A stretch of DNA of 64,000 nt from Anaeromyxobacteraceae bacterium (GTDB lineage Bacteria > Myxococcota > Myxococcia > Myxococcales > Anaeromyxobacteraceae): positions 992,001-1,056,000 of the forward strand of contig JASGHJ010000002.1 in assembly GCA_047602405.1 (NCBI GenBank), read 5' to 3'. Under the pieces are notes generated by a model. The model made no database searches and was not told the DNA's origin. It saw nothing but the letters and a program-made list of their open reading frames with translations. Shown piece after piece: positions 63,118-64,000 of the stretch; the stretch's first letter is position 1; every line of letters begins with the position of its first letter. The position numbers and the translations under genes were made by a program.

Positions 63118-64000
63118 CCTGCTCCCGGAGGCTGCTCCTCGCCGCCGCGCTGTCCCTCTGCGCCGCCTGCGCCACCGGGCGCCGCGCGGCGACCCCGCCG
63201 CCCGTCCCGCCGCCCCCGCCGCCGCTGCCGGCCCCGCTGCCGCCGCCGGTCGTGACGCCCGCGCTCCCGTCGGTGGAGGACCCCTCCGACGTGCTGTGGG
63301 ACCACCGGCTCGACTTCGCGCGCGGAGGCGAGCCGCTCGTGACCATCCGGCTCATGGAGGGGCAGGAGGAGATCGCGCTCCGCGTCCGCGGCGCCGCGCA
63401 CGTGCGCCTGCGGGGCGGGGGCCTCGTGGAGGTCCCCGCCGGCGCGCGCCTGACGGTCCGGGTGCGCGGCGCGCGGCCGGCGAAGGTGGGCTGGTATCCG
63501 CTCATCCTCGACGCCCCGGCGGCCGACCGGGTCCGCCTCGACGACGCGCGGCGCCTCTACGAGGACCGGGGCGTGCGGCTCCGCACGCGGCGCATCGGGA
63601 ACGTGCACGGCATCGCCGGCCGGGTGGTCGACAACCGCCGGGAGCTCCTCCTCGCCGCGACCGACGGCACCGAGGAGGCGGCCCGCGCCGAGATCGAGCG
63701 GCTGCGGTCGCGGTTCGGCGCCCGCGCCGCGCTCGTGCAGGAGGTGGTGGAGCGCCCGGGCGGCACGCTCGTGCTGTCGTCCGAGGCCGGCGCGCCGCTC
63801 GGCGAGGCCGACGGCGTGCTCGTGATGGAGCCCGACGGCGACGACGACTTCCTCGTCGAGGGCGTGCAGCACGACCTCGGCAAGGTCGCCGGCGCGCGCG
63901 AGGACCGCACCTACCGGGGCCGGCTGTACGTGGCGGTCGACGCGCGCGGGACGCTCGCGGCGGTGCACGGCGTCCCGCTCGAGGAGCTCCTCCGGGGCCT
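63114..64000 (+). CDS. SpoIID/LytB domain lipoprotein, 3'-truncated by the window edge
   Basis: Open frame from GTG 63114 with lipobox-like CAAC; ends in RTYRGRLYVAVDARGTLAAVHGVPLEELLRG, the start of a SpoIID domain. Confidence 0.78.
   Translation, partial: MTCSRRLLLAAALSLCAACATGRRAATPPPVPPPPPPLPAPLPPPVVTPALPSVEDPSDVLWDHRLDFARGGEPLVTIRLMEGQEEIALRVRGAAHVRLRGGGLVEVPAGARLTVRVRGARPAKVGWYPLILDAPAADRVRLDDARRLYEDRGVRLRTRRIGNVHGIAGRVVDNRRELLLAATDGTEEAARAEIERLRSRFGARAALVQEVVERPGGTLVLSSEAGAPLGEADGVLVMEPDGDDDFLVEGVQHDLGKVAGAREDRTYRGRLYVAVDARGTLAAVHGVPLEELLRG

Overview
Very GC-rich bacterial chromosome segment. Gene content and order (TolQ plus two TolR paralogues, trmFO, AglU-like lipoprotein, xerC, hslVU, cysteine-rich repeat protein with MYXO-CTERM-like tail, multiheme cytochrome, Ser/Thr kinase) point to an Anaeromyxobacter-like member of Myxococcota (inference). 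Most of the window is core or near-core: topA, argD/argF, an Hsp70 paralogue, coaE, engB, greB, metF, cysK, a Cus-type efflux operon and three tRNAs. The most striking element is at 21.2-23.3 kb. A Y1/HUH (RAYT-like) nuclease gene sits among three direct copies of a 23-bp imperfect hairpin (GCCAWCTTGAATTCGGCAGATGT). One copy supplies the nuclease's own ATG, another directly follows the stop codon of a compositionally atypical cargo gene, and each copy is followed about 30-35 nt later by a + strand start codon, resembling a cassette array. All three apparent frameshifts (hslU, argD, Hsp70) and about a dozen odd codons fall at GATC sites, suggesting methylation-linked sequencing errors. Other observations: a second GTAG-hairpin REP-like repeat family, a MarR/ArsN2 locus with two GTTGC-N5-GCAAC operators, widespread leaderless-type promoters, a PspA plus AAA-ATPase pair, and a prolyl oligopeptidase remnant. 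Starts marked as adjusted were read by eye; no database searches were run.
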